Assembly: GCA_040081265.1 (NCBI GenBank)
Contig: JBEBGV010000001.1
Coordinates: 28,279-92,278, forward strand
Source of the DNA: Vicinamibacterales bacterium
GTDB lineage: Bacteria; Acidobacteriota; Vicinamibacteria; Vicinamibacterales; UBA2999
Direction of reading: 5' to 3'
Length of the DNA stretch: 64,000 nucleotides
Shown: positions 18,278-27,299 of the stretch, one piece after another
Numbering within the stretch: the stretch's first letter is position 1
Layout of the letters: each line of letters opens with the position of its first letter
Program-made: the position numbers and the translations under genes
The notes under the pieces: generated by a model
Database searches by the model: none
What the model saw: the letters and a program-made list of their open reading frames with translations, nothing else
Told to the model about the DNA's origin: nothing

Positions 18278-18967
18278 ATGCGTCATCGCGAAGGACACAG
18301 AACCGCCCGGATCGGCTGGTTGCGTGCGGCAGTACTCGGCGCCAACGACGGCATCGTCTCGACGGCCAGCCTGGTCGTCGGCGTCGCAGCGTCTGACGCC
18401 AGTCGGGCGCAGGTGCTGGTGGCCGGCATGGCCGGTCTCGTGGCCGGCGCCCTCTCGATGGCAGCGGGCGAGTACGTCTCGGTCAGCTCACAAGCCGACA
18501 CCGAAAACGCCGACCTCACGCGGGAGCGGACGGAGCTGGCCAGTTCGCCGCAAGCTGAGGAAGACGAACTGACCGGCATCTACGTGCGTCGCGGTCTCGA
18601 TCACGCGCTGGCGCGAACGGTCGCGCAGCAACTGACGGCAAAGGACGCGCTCAAGGCGCATGCCCGCGACGAGCTCGGCCTGTCCGACGAGCTGTCTGCG
18701 CGCCCGCTGCAGGCAGCGCTGGCGTCTGCGGGGACCTTTGCCGTCGGCGCGGCGCTGCCGATGCTGACGGTTCTTCTTGCCCCGACCGCGATGATGTCGC
18801 CGGTGGTGGCAGGCGTTTCGCTCGTGTGCCTCGCCGGTCTGGGTGCGCTGGCCGCTGGTGCCGGCGGCGCACCGCCGACCACGGGGGCCGTGCGCGTGGC
18901 GTTCTGGGGCGCACTGGCGATGGGACTCACTGCTGCCGTCGGGGCGTTGTTCGGCGCGACACCCTGA
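18278..18967 (+). CDS. VIT1/CCC1 family iron/manganese transporter
   Basis: Contains LRAAVLGANDGIVSTASLVVGVAAS and SMAAGEYVSVSSQ, with the typical VIT family layout. Confidence 0.85.
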   Translation: MRHREGHRTARIGWLRAAVLGANDGIVSTASLVVGVAASDASRAQVLVAGMAGLVAGALSMAAGEYVSVSSQADTENADLTRERTELASSPQAEEDELTGIYVRRGLDHALARTVAQQLTAKDALKAHARDELGLSDELSARPLQAALASAGTFAVGAALPMLTVLLAPTAMMSPVVAGVSLVCLAGLGALAAGAGGAPPTTGAVRVAFWGALAMGLTAAVGALFGATP

Positions 18968-18980
18968 TGCGCGCGCTGGT

Positions 18981-19505
18981 CTAGCGGGGCGTTCGAGAGA
19001 GGTTCGTCTGGCCAAACGGCCGATACTGACCGTCAGGCAAGCGCACCAGGTCTGTAACCTCCAACCTGTCCGGGCCCAGCAGCACGTAGGTCGTGCGGCC
19101 GCGTTCGGTCGACTCACTCCCCCAGTCGCTCGTCAGAGTGTTTCCCGACAACGTCAGGCTGAGCGGAAGAATCACGCCGCGGGAGTCGATCCAGGTGCCG
19201 ACGCCTCCGGTCGCGTCCGGCGATGCCGCACGGTAGTAGCCGTGGCTCTCGAGCACCTCGATTGGACGAGTCGCAGTCGGAGCCATCTCGTTGCGGAATC
19301 GCAAGTGCACGAACCGGCCCGCAAGTTCGAGCGACCACGTCATCGCGACGGTCGCCGGACGACCGCTGACAGTCCCGCGGCCGTTCCAGTCGCCGAGCAG
19401 CGCGGACAGCACCGGCGGCAGCCTGGCGGACCCGGCCTGTGCCGCCGGAAACGCTCCGGCCCACACGGTGACGATCGCCGCAAGCACCCAGATGGGTGTT
19501 CTCAT
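18981..19505 (-). CDS. Secreted hypothetical protein (DUF1579/lipocalin-like, tentative)
   Basis: Start at MRTPIWVLAAIVTVWAGAFPAAQA (signal peptide). The ATG overlaps the sigma-factor stop (ATGA at 19502-19505). Confidence 0.6.
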   Translation of the reverse strand: MRTPIWVLAAIVTVWAGAFPAAQAGSARLPPVLSALLGDWNGRGTVSGRPATVAMTWSLELAGRFVHLRFRNEMAPTATRPIEVLESHGYYRAASPDATGGVGTWIDSRGVILPLSLTLSGNTLTSDWGSESTERGRTTYVLLGPDRLEVTDLVRLPDGQYRPFGQTNLSRTPR

Positions 19506-20797
19506 GCTGACCTCCGCGCCAGTGCGTCGAGTCGTGACTGAAGGAACCGGCGTTCGGGCTCCGAACACTGGCGTTTGAGGGCTTCGCGGTAGGCGCGCGC
19601 CGCCTCTTTCGCTTGTCCTGCCTCAGCGAGCAGCTCGGCGCGGACGGCCGGGAGCAGGTAGTACCGCGCAAGCGACCCGGCGCGATCGACCGCCGCCAGC
19701 GCAGCCAGCCCCTCAGCAGGGCCGGCGACACGAGCCAGCGCCACGGCGCGATTCAGTCGCACGACCGGCGTCGGTGTGAGCAGCACCAGGCGGTCGTACA
19801 GCGCCAGGATCGTCGTCCAGTCGGTCGCGGTCCCGTCAGGCGCCGCAGCATGCGTGGCGGCAATAGCAGCCTGCAGGTGGAAGGCGCTTTCACACGACGC
19901 CTGCATCGACTGCTCGAGATGCTGGAAGCCCAGCGAGTTCAAGGACATGTCCCACGTTCGGCGGTCCTGGTCTTCGAGGCGCACAAGCTCTCCTGCCGCG
20001 TTCAGACGAGCCGGAATTCGTGCGGCATGCAGCGCCATCAGTGCCACCAGCGCATGTGAGCGCGGCGTTGCCACCTCACGCGTCCCGGCGATCAGTCGGC
20101 CAAGCCGCAGTGCCTCGCGGCAGAGGTCAGCCCGAACCAGGTTGTCGCCGGCGTGAGCGGTGTATCCCTCGTTGAAGAGCAGGTAGATCACATCGAGCGC
20201 TGAATCTACGCGGGGCACGAGGGCCCGCCCGGCGGGCAAGACAAAGCGGATCCTGTGCGCACGAATCAGTCGCTTGGCTCGCACCAGACGTTGCGCGATG
20301 GCTCGCTCGTCTGCCAGGAGGGCACGGGCAATCTCGGCCACGCTGAAACCGCTCACTGCTTTCAGGCTCAGTGCCACCCGCGCGCCGCGCGGCAGCGCGG
20401 GGTGACAACACATCATCACCATCCGCAGCTCGTCGTCGGCCCAGTCCGGCTGACGTGTTGTTGAGTCAACGACGGCGGCGCGGCGGTCTTCCTCGATCGC
20501 GCGCGCCAGCCGGGCGGCTCGAGCATCGAACCGGACCTGCCGTCGCAGCAGATCGATCGCGCGATTGGTCGCCACCCTTCTGAGCCACGCTCCAGGCTGA
20601 TCCGGGACTCCGCTGAACGGCCACTGTTGAAGCGCAACGATCAAGGCGTCCTGGACAATGTCTTCGGCGAGCGCGAGCCGGCCAGGGCCAAGTCGCCTCG
20701 TGAAGTAGGCAACAAGATGTCCGGCTTCGGCGCGGAAGAGCCGCTCAACCAGCGGAGACGTCACCGCGGACGTCGCGGGCACTCTGTCACCTGCCAT
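19502..20797 (-). CDS. ECF sigma factor with a long C-terminal extension (ECF42-like)
   Basis: Sigma-70 region 2 (DIVQDALIVALQQW...AWLRRVATNRAIDLLRR) and region 4 (FSVAEIARALLADERAIAQRLVRAKRLI), plus about 200 aa of helical/TPR-like extension. It lies directly downstream of a YCII/DGPF gene. Confidence 0.8.
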   Translation of the reverse strand: MAGDRVPATSAVTSPLVERLFRAEAGHLVAYFTRRLGPGRLALAEDIVQDALIVALQQWPFSGVPDQPGAWLRRVATNRAIDLLRRQVRFDARAARLARAIEEDRRAAVVDSTTRQPDWADDELRMVMMCCHPALPRGARVALSLKAVSGFSVAEIARALLADERAIAQRLVRAKRLIRAHRIRFVLPAGRALVPRVDSALDVIYLLFNEGYTAHAGDNLVRADLCREALRLGRLIAGTREVATPRSHALVALMALHAARIPARLNAAGELVRLEDQDRRTWDMSLNSLGFQHLEQSMQASCESAFHLQAAIAATHAAAPDGTATDWTTILALYDRLVLLTPTPVVRLNRAVALARVAGPAEGLAALAAVDRAGSLARYYLLPAVRAELLAEAGQAKEAARAYREALKRQCSEPERRFLQSRLDALARRSA

Positions 20798-21137
20798 CAA
20801 CCTGACGAACCTCGATCGCACCGGAATAGTCCAGGTGTGGACAGTCGTGGGCTAGGCGGACGGCCTCGTCGTAGTCGGCGGCCTTGATGACGAACAGGCC
20901 GCCCATGACTTCCTTGCTCTCGAGATAGGGACCGTCACTGACGAGCACTTCCCCCTTCGTCCGGCGCATGACCCGGCCAGGGTCCGAGGTCAACTTGGTT
21001 CCCTCCACCAGGAGGTCTCGGTCCCGGAGGGACTGTCCCCACGCCATGTAGCGCTGAACGACGGCCTGCATCTCCGCCGGGCTCATGGTTGCAAACGACT
21101 TGGGCTGGTCGTGCAGCAGCAGCACAAACTTGGGCAT
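20787..21137 (-). CDS. YCII-related (DGPF) domain protein
   Basis: 116 aa with MPKFVLLLH...SDGPYLESKEVMGGLFVIKAADYDEAV. Confidence 0.8.
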   Translation of the reverse strand: MPKFVLLLHDQPKSFATMSPAEMQAVVQRYMAWGQSLRDRDLLVEGTKLTSDPGRVMRRTKGEVLVSDGPYLESKEVMGGLFVIKAADYDEAVRLAHDCPHLDYSGAIEVRQVDGR

Positions 21138-21281
21138 ACGGACTGTCCTTTCGTGTTTCTTACGATGCCGACCGACGTGACTGGTTCAGAGACGAACGGG
21201 CGCGCCCGGTATCGACATTGCGGGGGGCGCTGGCGAAGGTTACGCTGTCCCGTGAAGAACCTCACCAACCGCTTTCGCGTG

Positions 21282-22178
21282 ATGCCGCGCTCCCGCACGT
21301 CGCTGGCTGCGCTCGATCCCTGTGACACCGACGGTATCAGCAAGGCGACGGCAGGCGACCGCCTCGAGAAGGGCATCGCCCGGCTCTCCGACGCGCAGGA
21401 GCGTCTCTATGCGCTCAACACCTGGTCGGTGCTCATCATCTTCCAGGCTCCTGACGCCGCCGGGAAGGACAGCACGATCAAGCACGTGATGTCCGGCGTG
21501 AATCCCCAGGGATGTCAGGTGTTCAGCTTCAAGGCGCCGTCGGCCGAAGAACTTGACCACGACTTCCTCTGGCGGTCTGCCAAGGCGCTCCCGGAGCGCG
21601 GACGCATCGGCATCCACAACCGTTCGTACTACGAGGAAGTCATCGTCACCCGCGTCCACCCTGGGATTCTCGAGCGACAGCAGCTCCCGGGGAAGGCCGG
21701 CGACGGATCGTTCTGGCAGCGGCGGTTTGACTCGATCAACAACTTCGAACAGCACCTCGTGCTGAACGGAACGCTGGTCCTGAAGTTCTTCCTGCACATT
21801 TCGAGAGACGAGCAGCGCAAGCGCTTCATCGAACGCTTGAGTGAACCGGAAAAGTACTGGAAGTTCTCGCCTGGAGACCTCGTCGAGCGTCAGCACTGGG
21901 ACGACTACGCCGCAGCATACGAATCGGTGTTCAGGGAAACAAGTACTGCGCACGCCCCGTGGTTCATCGTACCTGCCGACCACAAGTGGTTCACACGAAT
22001 GGCGGTGGCCGAGATTATCTGTGACGCCCTCGAGCACCTCGAGCTGTCGTTCCCGACGGTGTCGAAAAGTCAGAGGGAAGAGTGGGCTACATCGCGTGCG
22101 GCCCTCGAAGCGGAAGACGTCAGTTCGCGGGCGCCGCGCCCTCGCAGGCCAGGCCGTCCGCGCCGAGGTCGGCCGTGA
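21282..22178 (+). CDS. ppk2: Polyphosphate kinase 2 family protein
   Basis: Contains LIIFQAPDAAGKDSTIKHV (P-loop-like), FSFKAPSAEELDHDFLWR and WFIVPADHKW. The start is set at ATG 21282; the track ORF extends upstream. Confidence 0.85.
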   Translation: MPRSRTSLAALDPCDTDGISKATAGDRLEKGIARLSDAQERLYALNTWSVLIIFQAPDAAGKDSTIKHVMSGVNPQGCQVFSFKAPSAEELDHDFLWRSAKALPERGRIGIHNRSYYEEVIVTRVHPGILERQQLPGKAGDGSFWQRRFDSINNFEQHLVLNGTLVLKFFLHISRDEQRKRFIERLSEPEKYWKFSPGDLVERQHWDDYAAAYESVFRETSTAHAPWFIVPADHKWFTRMAVAEIICDALEHLELSFPTVSKSQREEWATSRAALEAEDVSSRAPRPRRPGRPRRGRP

Positions 22179-22893
22179 AAGCGATGCCCTCGATTGGCAC
22201 ATAGATCGAGGTGAACTCGGGGTGTGCCGTGTCGCACACGGTGGTCACGTTCACTCCACGTTGGGCGCTGCCGCGCTCGGGCAGCGTCCAGCGAACCTCC
22301 ATCAACACATCCCCCGAAGTCGCGCATAGCCCGGGCTGGCCGGCGATCAGGTCGTCAACCCGGCGCAGTGCTTCGAGCAACTGTCGGTGGTGGTCGACCC
22401 CAATGCGACCACGGCACACCGGGTACCCCACTTTACGGCGATCGGTCATCACGAACGTGTCGCTGACACCGTCGAGATCAATGCGCAGAAAGGTCGCGCC
22501 GTCGCCAGGCAGTGGCCTGACAACCGATGCGGTGAACGGCGCGCGTTGCCTCGCCAGTTCCTGTGCACGAGCCTCGGCACGGGCGCGACGGTCGGTCACG
22601 AAAAGCGCCGCGAGGACGAGGCACGACAGCCCGGCAACGGTCACCGCGGCGTTCGAGACCGGCTTGACCTTCCTCGGTGACACCTTCCATGCGGCAAGCC
22701 CGCCGGCGACCACACCGGACACAAAGCCAATGACGCCCCACCAGAAGACGATGGCCGGCCCGGCCAGCCCGCTGCCCTCGGGCGTCAGCCAGGCCCCGGT
22801 CCACAGTCCGGCGACGCCTCCAGACCAGGCGAGGCTCATGGCGATCAGCACGCGGCGGGTCATCATCGCAAGTAATAATCGTGAGCCTAACAT
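22120..22893 (-). CDS. Hypothetical membrane protein
   Basis: 257-aa ORF with 3-4 N-terminal TM helices followed by a soluble domain. The real start is probably an internal Met (MMTRRV). Confidence 0.5.
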   Translation of the reverse strand: MLGSRLLLAMMTRRVLIAMSLAWSGGVAGLWTGAWLTPEGSGLAGPAIVFWWGVIGFVSGVVAGGLAAWKVSPRKVKPVSNAAVTVAGLSCLVLAALFVTDRRARAEARAQELARQRAPFTASVVRPLPGDGATFLRIDLDGVSDTFVMTDRRKVGYPVCRGRIGVDHHRQLLEALRRVDDLIAGQPGLCATSGDVLMEVRWTLPERGSAQRGVNVTTVCDTAHPEFTSIYVPIEGIAFTADLGADGLACEGAAPAN

Positions 22894-23415
22894 GGCTGAA
22901 TCATCCTGGCCCGCGCTTCCCTACGCACAGTGGAAAGACACCTGCGAAACCCTCCATATGTGGATGCAGGTGATCGGAAAGGTGGCCGTCGCCGCTTCGC
23001 CGCCGCTCAATCACTGCTGGGGGGCAAGACCAGTCCAGCGAATTTCTACTGGGGGAGCTGCGACCTGGCGTTGACACGCTTCTCGGGTCGGCTGGCACCA
23101 CCGCGGGAAGGCCCGGCCTTCATGCGGGACGCCTACTCACACGAGGTGATCAGCCACGGCTTCTGGCCGGGGAACGCTGCGGTGCCCGAAGCAGTGTTCT
23201 ACGCCTATGCGGTTCCCGAGCCCGCAGGGTTGAAAGACTTTCGTGCGCTGCCGCCTGCTGCCTACTACCTGGGCGAGATGGGTGAGTTCATCCTGCCCTA
23301 CGAGGCGGTGAGAACCTCTGCTTCGCCAGCAGACACGCTGGCCTCGTTCATTGAGAGTACGTATGCGCAGGCGGCGACACTCGGCGGCTGGGATCGCGCG
23401 GCTCTCGAACGCTGA
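22892..23415 (+). pseudogene. DUF5996-family gene with an internal deletion and frameshift
   Basis: The N-terminal piece is MAESSWPALPYAQWKDTCETLHMWMQVIGKVAVAASPPLNHCW in one frame. The C-terminal piece is FYWGSCDLALTRFSGRLAPP...to the stop in another frame. The total is 524 nt, which is not a multiple of 3, and the middle of the family (roughly 130 aa from memory) is absent. Confidence 0.6.
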
Positions 23416-23416
23416 C

Positions 23417-23488
23417 GGCGGGTCCTGCGGGACCCGCCCTACGTACTGTTTGTTTGGAGGTACGTAGGCCGGGTCCGCAGGACCCGGC
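23417..23488. repeat. REP-like palindromic elements, inverted pair (BIME-like)
   Basis: GGCGGGTCCtgcgGGACCCGCCCTACGTAC (23417-23446) and GTACGTAGGCCGGGTCCgcaGGACCCGGC (23460-23488) lie between two convergent gene ends. Confidence 0.85.
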
Positions 23489-23502
23489 GCACGGCGTCGC
23501 CG

Positions 23503-24705
23503 CTAAGCGCCAACCGTCGCGCGGAATAGCGTTCCCTTGCCACTCAGATCGTACGACTGGCTGCTGCCAGGAATGAAGGCCGCGACACCGCTGGCGAGCA
23601 CCGCCGACGACGAACCGCTGCTGCTGACGGTCACCGCACCGTCCACGCACAGCAGGATCTCCGGACCTGATACCGGACGGGTGACCACACCCCCGCCCAG
23701 GTGAATGCGGGACAGCCGGAACTCGGGAGCTGGCGTATCCCAGACCTCTTCATCCCGATCAATGCTTCGCGCCCGCAGTGGCTCAATGGGACCGTCGCTG
23801 AACTCGAGCACCTTCAGCAGTTCGTCGAGGTCAACGTGTTTGGGCGTGAGTCCACCCCGAAGCACGTTGTCCGAGCTCGCCATGATCTCCACGCCCACCC
23901 CGTCAAGGTATGCGTGCAGGTTACCCGCACCAAGGTAGATGGCCTCTCCGGGCTCGAGGTGTACCAGATTGAGGAGAAGAGCCGTCACGATACCGGGGTC
24001 GCCGGGATAGAGTCGCGCGAGGCGCATCGCCCACTCACACTCGGCGCGGAATGGTCCGTCGTACTCGGAGCACGCTGCAACCACTGCCGCCACCATCTCG
24101 CTGCGGGCCGGTTCTGGCTTGGTCATGATCGCGTGCAGGGTCGCTGAGAGGCCGGCCGACAGATCCGACCATCGCAGCGGCGCGAGCGTCGCATCAACTT
24201 CAGTGACTCCGAGCTCGTCGAAAAGCGCCAGCGTCTCGGACACACGACGGAACCCGCACAGCGCGTCGAAGGGCGTCAGCGCGCAGATGAGTTCGGGCTT
24301 GTGACTGCGGTCCTTGTAGTTGCGATGCGGCGCGTCGATGGGTATGCCGAGACGCTCCTCCAGCTCGAATCCTTCCCGAGCCTGTTCCGCACTGGGATGG
24401 GCCTGCAACGACAACGGCTCACTCGCGGCCAGCACCTTCAGTAAGAACGGCAGCCGCGAATCGAAGGCCGACGCGACAGCGGCGCCAAGCTCTCGCACGG
24501 GCTCTCGAGCGATCTGATCAACGAGAAGCACCGGTGCGCCGCCTCGGATGATGCGCGACGACCCTCGCGGATGGGCACCCATCCACAACTCCGCCTCGGG
24601 GCCAGGCGCAGGCGAGCGACGACGCTGCAGCTCCGCAATCGCGGTGCGCGAGCCCCACGCGTAGGGCATCACGACGCATTCCAGCAGATCAGCCATGACG
24701 TTCAC
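23503..24705 (-). CDS. manA: Mannose-6-phosphate isomerase, class I
   Basis: 400 aa with PYAWGS, ELWMGAHP, LSLQAHP and the YKDRSHKPE-type motifs of type I PMI. Confidence 0.85.
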   Translation of the reverse strand: MNVMADLLECVVMPYAWGSRTAIAELQRRRSPAPGPEAELWMGAHPRGSSRIIRGGAPVLLVDQIAREPVRELGAAVASAFDSRLPFLLKVLAASEPLSLQAHPSAEQAREGFELEERLGIPIDAPHRNYKDRSHKPELICALTPFDALCGFRRVSETLALFDELGVTEVDATLAPLRWSDLSAGLSATLHAIMTKPEPARSEMVAAVVAACSEYDGPFRAECEWAMRLARLYPGDPGIVTALLLNLVHLEPGEAIYLGAGNLHAYLDGVGVEIMASSDNVLRGGLTPKHVDLDELLKVLEFSDGPIEPLRARSIDRDEEVWDTPAPEFRLSRIHLGGGVVTRPVSGPEILLCVDGAVTVSSSGSSSAVLASGVAAFIPGSSQSYDLSGKGTLFRATVGA

Positions 24706-26333
24706 CGCACTCCGACAATGGTGCCATCGGGCAGCAGGTCGATTGCCATCGACTGTGGCTTTCGTGGAAGCCCGGGCATGGTCGTGATGTCACCGGTCAG
24801 TGGAACGAGGTAGCCGGCACCGGCCGCGATTCTGACTTCCCGGACGGTCATCTCGAATCCTGTTGGGCGACCGACGAGCTTCTCGTTGTCGGACAATGAC
24901 AAGTGGGTCTTCGCAATACACACGGGCAGCTCACCGAACCCAAGGGCGACCGCCTGGTCCATCTGCTTGCTCGCTGGCGCGGCCACGTGTACGTCGCTGG
25001 CGCCATAGATTGTGCGCGCCACCTTCCGGATCTTGTCCACGGGCGAATCGGTCAGTTCATAGGCGTAGCGGGGCTGCACTGTTGTTGTTCGCGCGCGCTC
25101 CACGATCAACCCAGCCGCCTCGGTGGCGCCTTCCCCGCCGCGACCGAACACGTCGGCAGCGGCAGCGGCCACCCCCATCTCCTTCAGGCGGTCGATGACA
25201 CACGACACCTCGTCCCGCAGATCCTCCGCGCGAAGATTGAGGACAACCACCGGTTCGAACCCGAAGAATCGGGCACTCTCGATGTGCCTGAACAGGTTGT
25301 CCATGCCCCGCAACAGGGCGTCGGCGTTCGGGCGCGCTGTGTCTTCCGCCTTCACACCGCCGTGAAACTTGAGGGCCCGCACCGTCGCCACCAGCACCAC
25401 CGCGTGCGGCCAGATACCCGCTGCCCGACACTTGATATCGAGAAACTTCTCGGCACCGAGGTCGAAGCCGAAACCCGCCTCGGTGAAGACCACCTCGGCG
25501 CGGCGCAGTAGAAACCGCGTCGCGATGATGCTGTTGCAGCCGTGGGCGATGTTCCCGAACGGGCCGCCATGGACCAGCGCGGGGGCCCCTTCGGTGGTCT
25601 GAGCGAGGTTCGGCAGCATCGCGTCGCGGAGCAGCGCCGACATGGCACCCTCAGCGTGCAGGTCGCTCGCGCGTACGGGCTCTCCGCTGTGAGTGAAACC
25701 CGCGAGCATGCGCCCGAGGCGCACTTTCAGGTCCGCGTAGTCACGCGAAAGACAGAGGATGGCCATCACTTCACTGGCCGCGGTGATGTCGAATGCACCT
25801 TCGCGCGGGACGCCCATCGCGCGCCCTCCGAGTCCGGTGATGACCCGCCGAAGCGAACGGTCGTTCAAGTCGAGCACGCGCCGAAACGTGACCGCGCGCG
25901 AGTCGATTCGCGTGGGACCGTCAAAGTGCAGCTCGTTGTCGATCAGGGCGGCGAGGAGATTGTGAGCGCTCGTCACGGCGTGTATGTCGCCGGTGAAGTG
26001 CAGGTTCACTCGCTCCGTGGGAATGACGGCCGACTGACCGCCGCCGGCACCGCCACCCTTGGCGCCAAAGACCGGTCCCAGTGAGGGCTCGCGCAGGGCG
26101 CACGCCGCCCGCACACCCAGACGCCGGGCCGCCTGCGTCAGCCCGATCGCGCAGGTGGTCTTCCCTTCTCCGGCCGGCGTCGGACTAATGGCCGAGACCA
26201 GCACCAGCCGTCCAGTCGGCGGGTCATCTCGGAACGTGGCTTCAGGCGTGATCTTGGCGACACCCGGTCCCCACGGTAGAAGATCTCCCGCAGCAACACC
26301 GATGTCGGCCGCTACCTGTTCAAGTGGACGCAT
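24702..26333 (-). CDS. fhs: Formate--tetrahydrofolate ligase
   Basis: Contains SPTPAGEGKTT and PALVHGGPFGNIAHGCNS. The start is set at MRPLEQVAADIG (26333), which avoids overlap with the upstream gene. Confidence 0.9.
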   Translation of the reverse strand: MRPLEQVAADIGVAAGDLLPWGPGVAKITPEATFRDDPPTGRLVLVSAISPTPAGEGKTTCAIGLTQAARRLGVRAACALREPSLGPVFGAKGGGAGGGQSAVIPTERVNLHFTGDIHAVTSAHNLLAALIDNELHFDGPTRIDSRAVTFRRVLDLNDRSLRRVITGLGGRAMGVPREGAFDITAASEVMAILCLSRDYADLKVRLGRMLAGFTHSGEPVRASDLHAEGAMSALLRDAMLPNLAQTTEGAPALVHGGPFGNIAHGCNSIIATRFLLRRAEVVFTEAGFGFDLGAEKFLDIKCRAAGIWPHAVVLVATVRALKFHGGVKAEDTARPNADALLRGMDNLFRHIESARFFGFEPVVVLNLRAEDLRDEVSCVIDRLKEMGVAAAAADVFGRGGEGATEAAGLIVERARTTTVQPRYAYELTDSPVDKIRKVARTIYGASDVHVAAPASKQMDQAVALGFGELPVCIAKTHLSLSDNEKLVGRPTGFEMTVREVRIAAGAGYLVPLTGDITTMPGLPRKPQSMAIDLLPDGTIVGVR

Positions 26334-26340
26334 TCCTGGT

Positions 26341-27285
26341 TCATTGTGTCGGCAGCGCAACGTGAACGGGATAGGCACGTTCGCCCGCAAGAATCTTGAC
26401 CTTCAGTCGGTTCTCGGGCACCGGGATCGGGCACGTCGTGTACGGATTGAAAGCGCACGGCGGGTTGTACGCCTGATTGAAGTCCAGCACCGTCGTTCCA
26501 TCCTCGCGCAGGTCGGAATAGAGGAAGCGCGCCGCTTCATATGTCTCGCTGCCGCTCGAGGCGTCCTTGAATACGAAGTAGAAACGGTTCGGGCGGGTGG
26601 TGAATGGACGGAGCCGCAACGTCTCACCGTTGAGCGTGAACTCGACGACACCCTCGGTCTTGTACTCGTCGAGGTCGCCAAAGGTATTGACCACCTGAAC
26701 ATTGCGCGGACGGCCATCGGGAATGAATCGCGCGACAACGCGGTACGCCGGCTGGATGTCGAACCAACGGAACCCCTGGAACTCTCTGGCCAGGGGACCA
26801 TTCGGGTCCCAGACGCGGAGGGTCTTCCGAGGTCCGCTGCGATGAATCACCATCCGCACATCGCCAACCGAGAGTTCGTCAGCGTCGGGCGTCCCGTCGT
26901 CGTTCAAAACGACGGCGGCCTCGACCGCGTTTCCGTCGAGCTGCACACCAGCCCCGGGCTCGGGCTCGAACGTCACCGCTTCTTCCGCGAGCACGAACCT
27001 GCCGATTGTGGCGGGAACCGAATCGGGTAATCGAAGCCGATTGCCAGGCGCGGAGCCGGCAGCCTGCGAGCCTTGTTCAAGGAAGTGCAGGCCCGCGATC
27101 GTCGACCAGTCGCGGCGATAGTCGGCTTCGTGCTTGGCACGCCACGCTTCGGTCTCCCGCTGCGCCTCAGCAACGGAGGCGCTGTCGCCGCACGCCGCGG
27201 CGAGGACGCACAGCAGGGCGGCGCCGCCGCCAAGCAGGAGCCGTAGCGGCCACTCGACCCCTGGGGAGATCAACGCGCTGCGCAT
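26341..27285 (-). CDS. DUF1684 domain protein (secreted)
   Basis: Contains DFNQAYNPPCAFNPYTTCPIPVPENRLKVKILAGE, the signature C-terminal motif of DUF1684. The N-terminus has a signal/lipoprotein-like sequence (AAACG). Confidence 0.8.
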   Translation of the reverse strand: MRSALISPGVEWPLRLLLGGGAALLCVLAAACGDSASVAEAQRETEAWRAKHEADYRRDWSTIAGLHFLEQGSQAAGSAPGNRLRLPDSVPATIGRFVLAEEAVTFEPEPGAGVQLDGNAVEAAVVLNDDGTPDADELSVGDVRMVIHRSGPRKTLRVWDPNGPLAREFQGFRWFDIQPAYRVVARFIPDGRPRNVQVVNTFGDLDEYKTEGVVEFTLNGETLRLRPFTTRPNRFYFVFKDASSGSETYEAARFLYSDLREDGTTVLDFNQAYNPPCAFNPYTTCPIPVPENRLKVKILAGERAYPVHVALPTQ

Positions 27286-27299
27286 GTGAAGGTTCCTCG

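Noticed and set aside
22891-22894. Divergent start codons overlapping as CATG here and again at about 49482-49485. This might suggest an unusual shared start region.
   Set aside because: It is most simply explained by mis-set start codons, since internal Mets are available in all four genes. In one case the partner is a pseudogene. There is no evidence of a special mechanism.
27006-27299. Long N-terminal extensions offered by the track: gltX from 27006, ppk2 from 21111, the SnoaL lipoprotein up to 51626, the GYD gene up to 47379, the SDR gene up to 49751, and the MBL gene up to 61590.
   Set aside because: The extensions overlap neighbouring genes or REP elements and are Arg-rich. Conserved N-termini or signal peptides begin at internal Met codons, some with a Shine-Dalgarno-like sequence.
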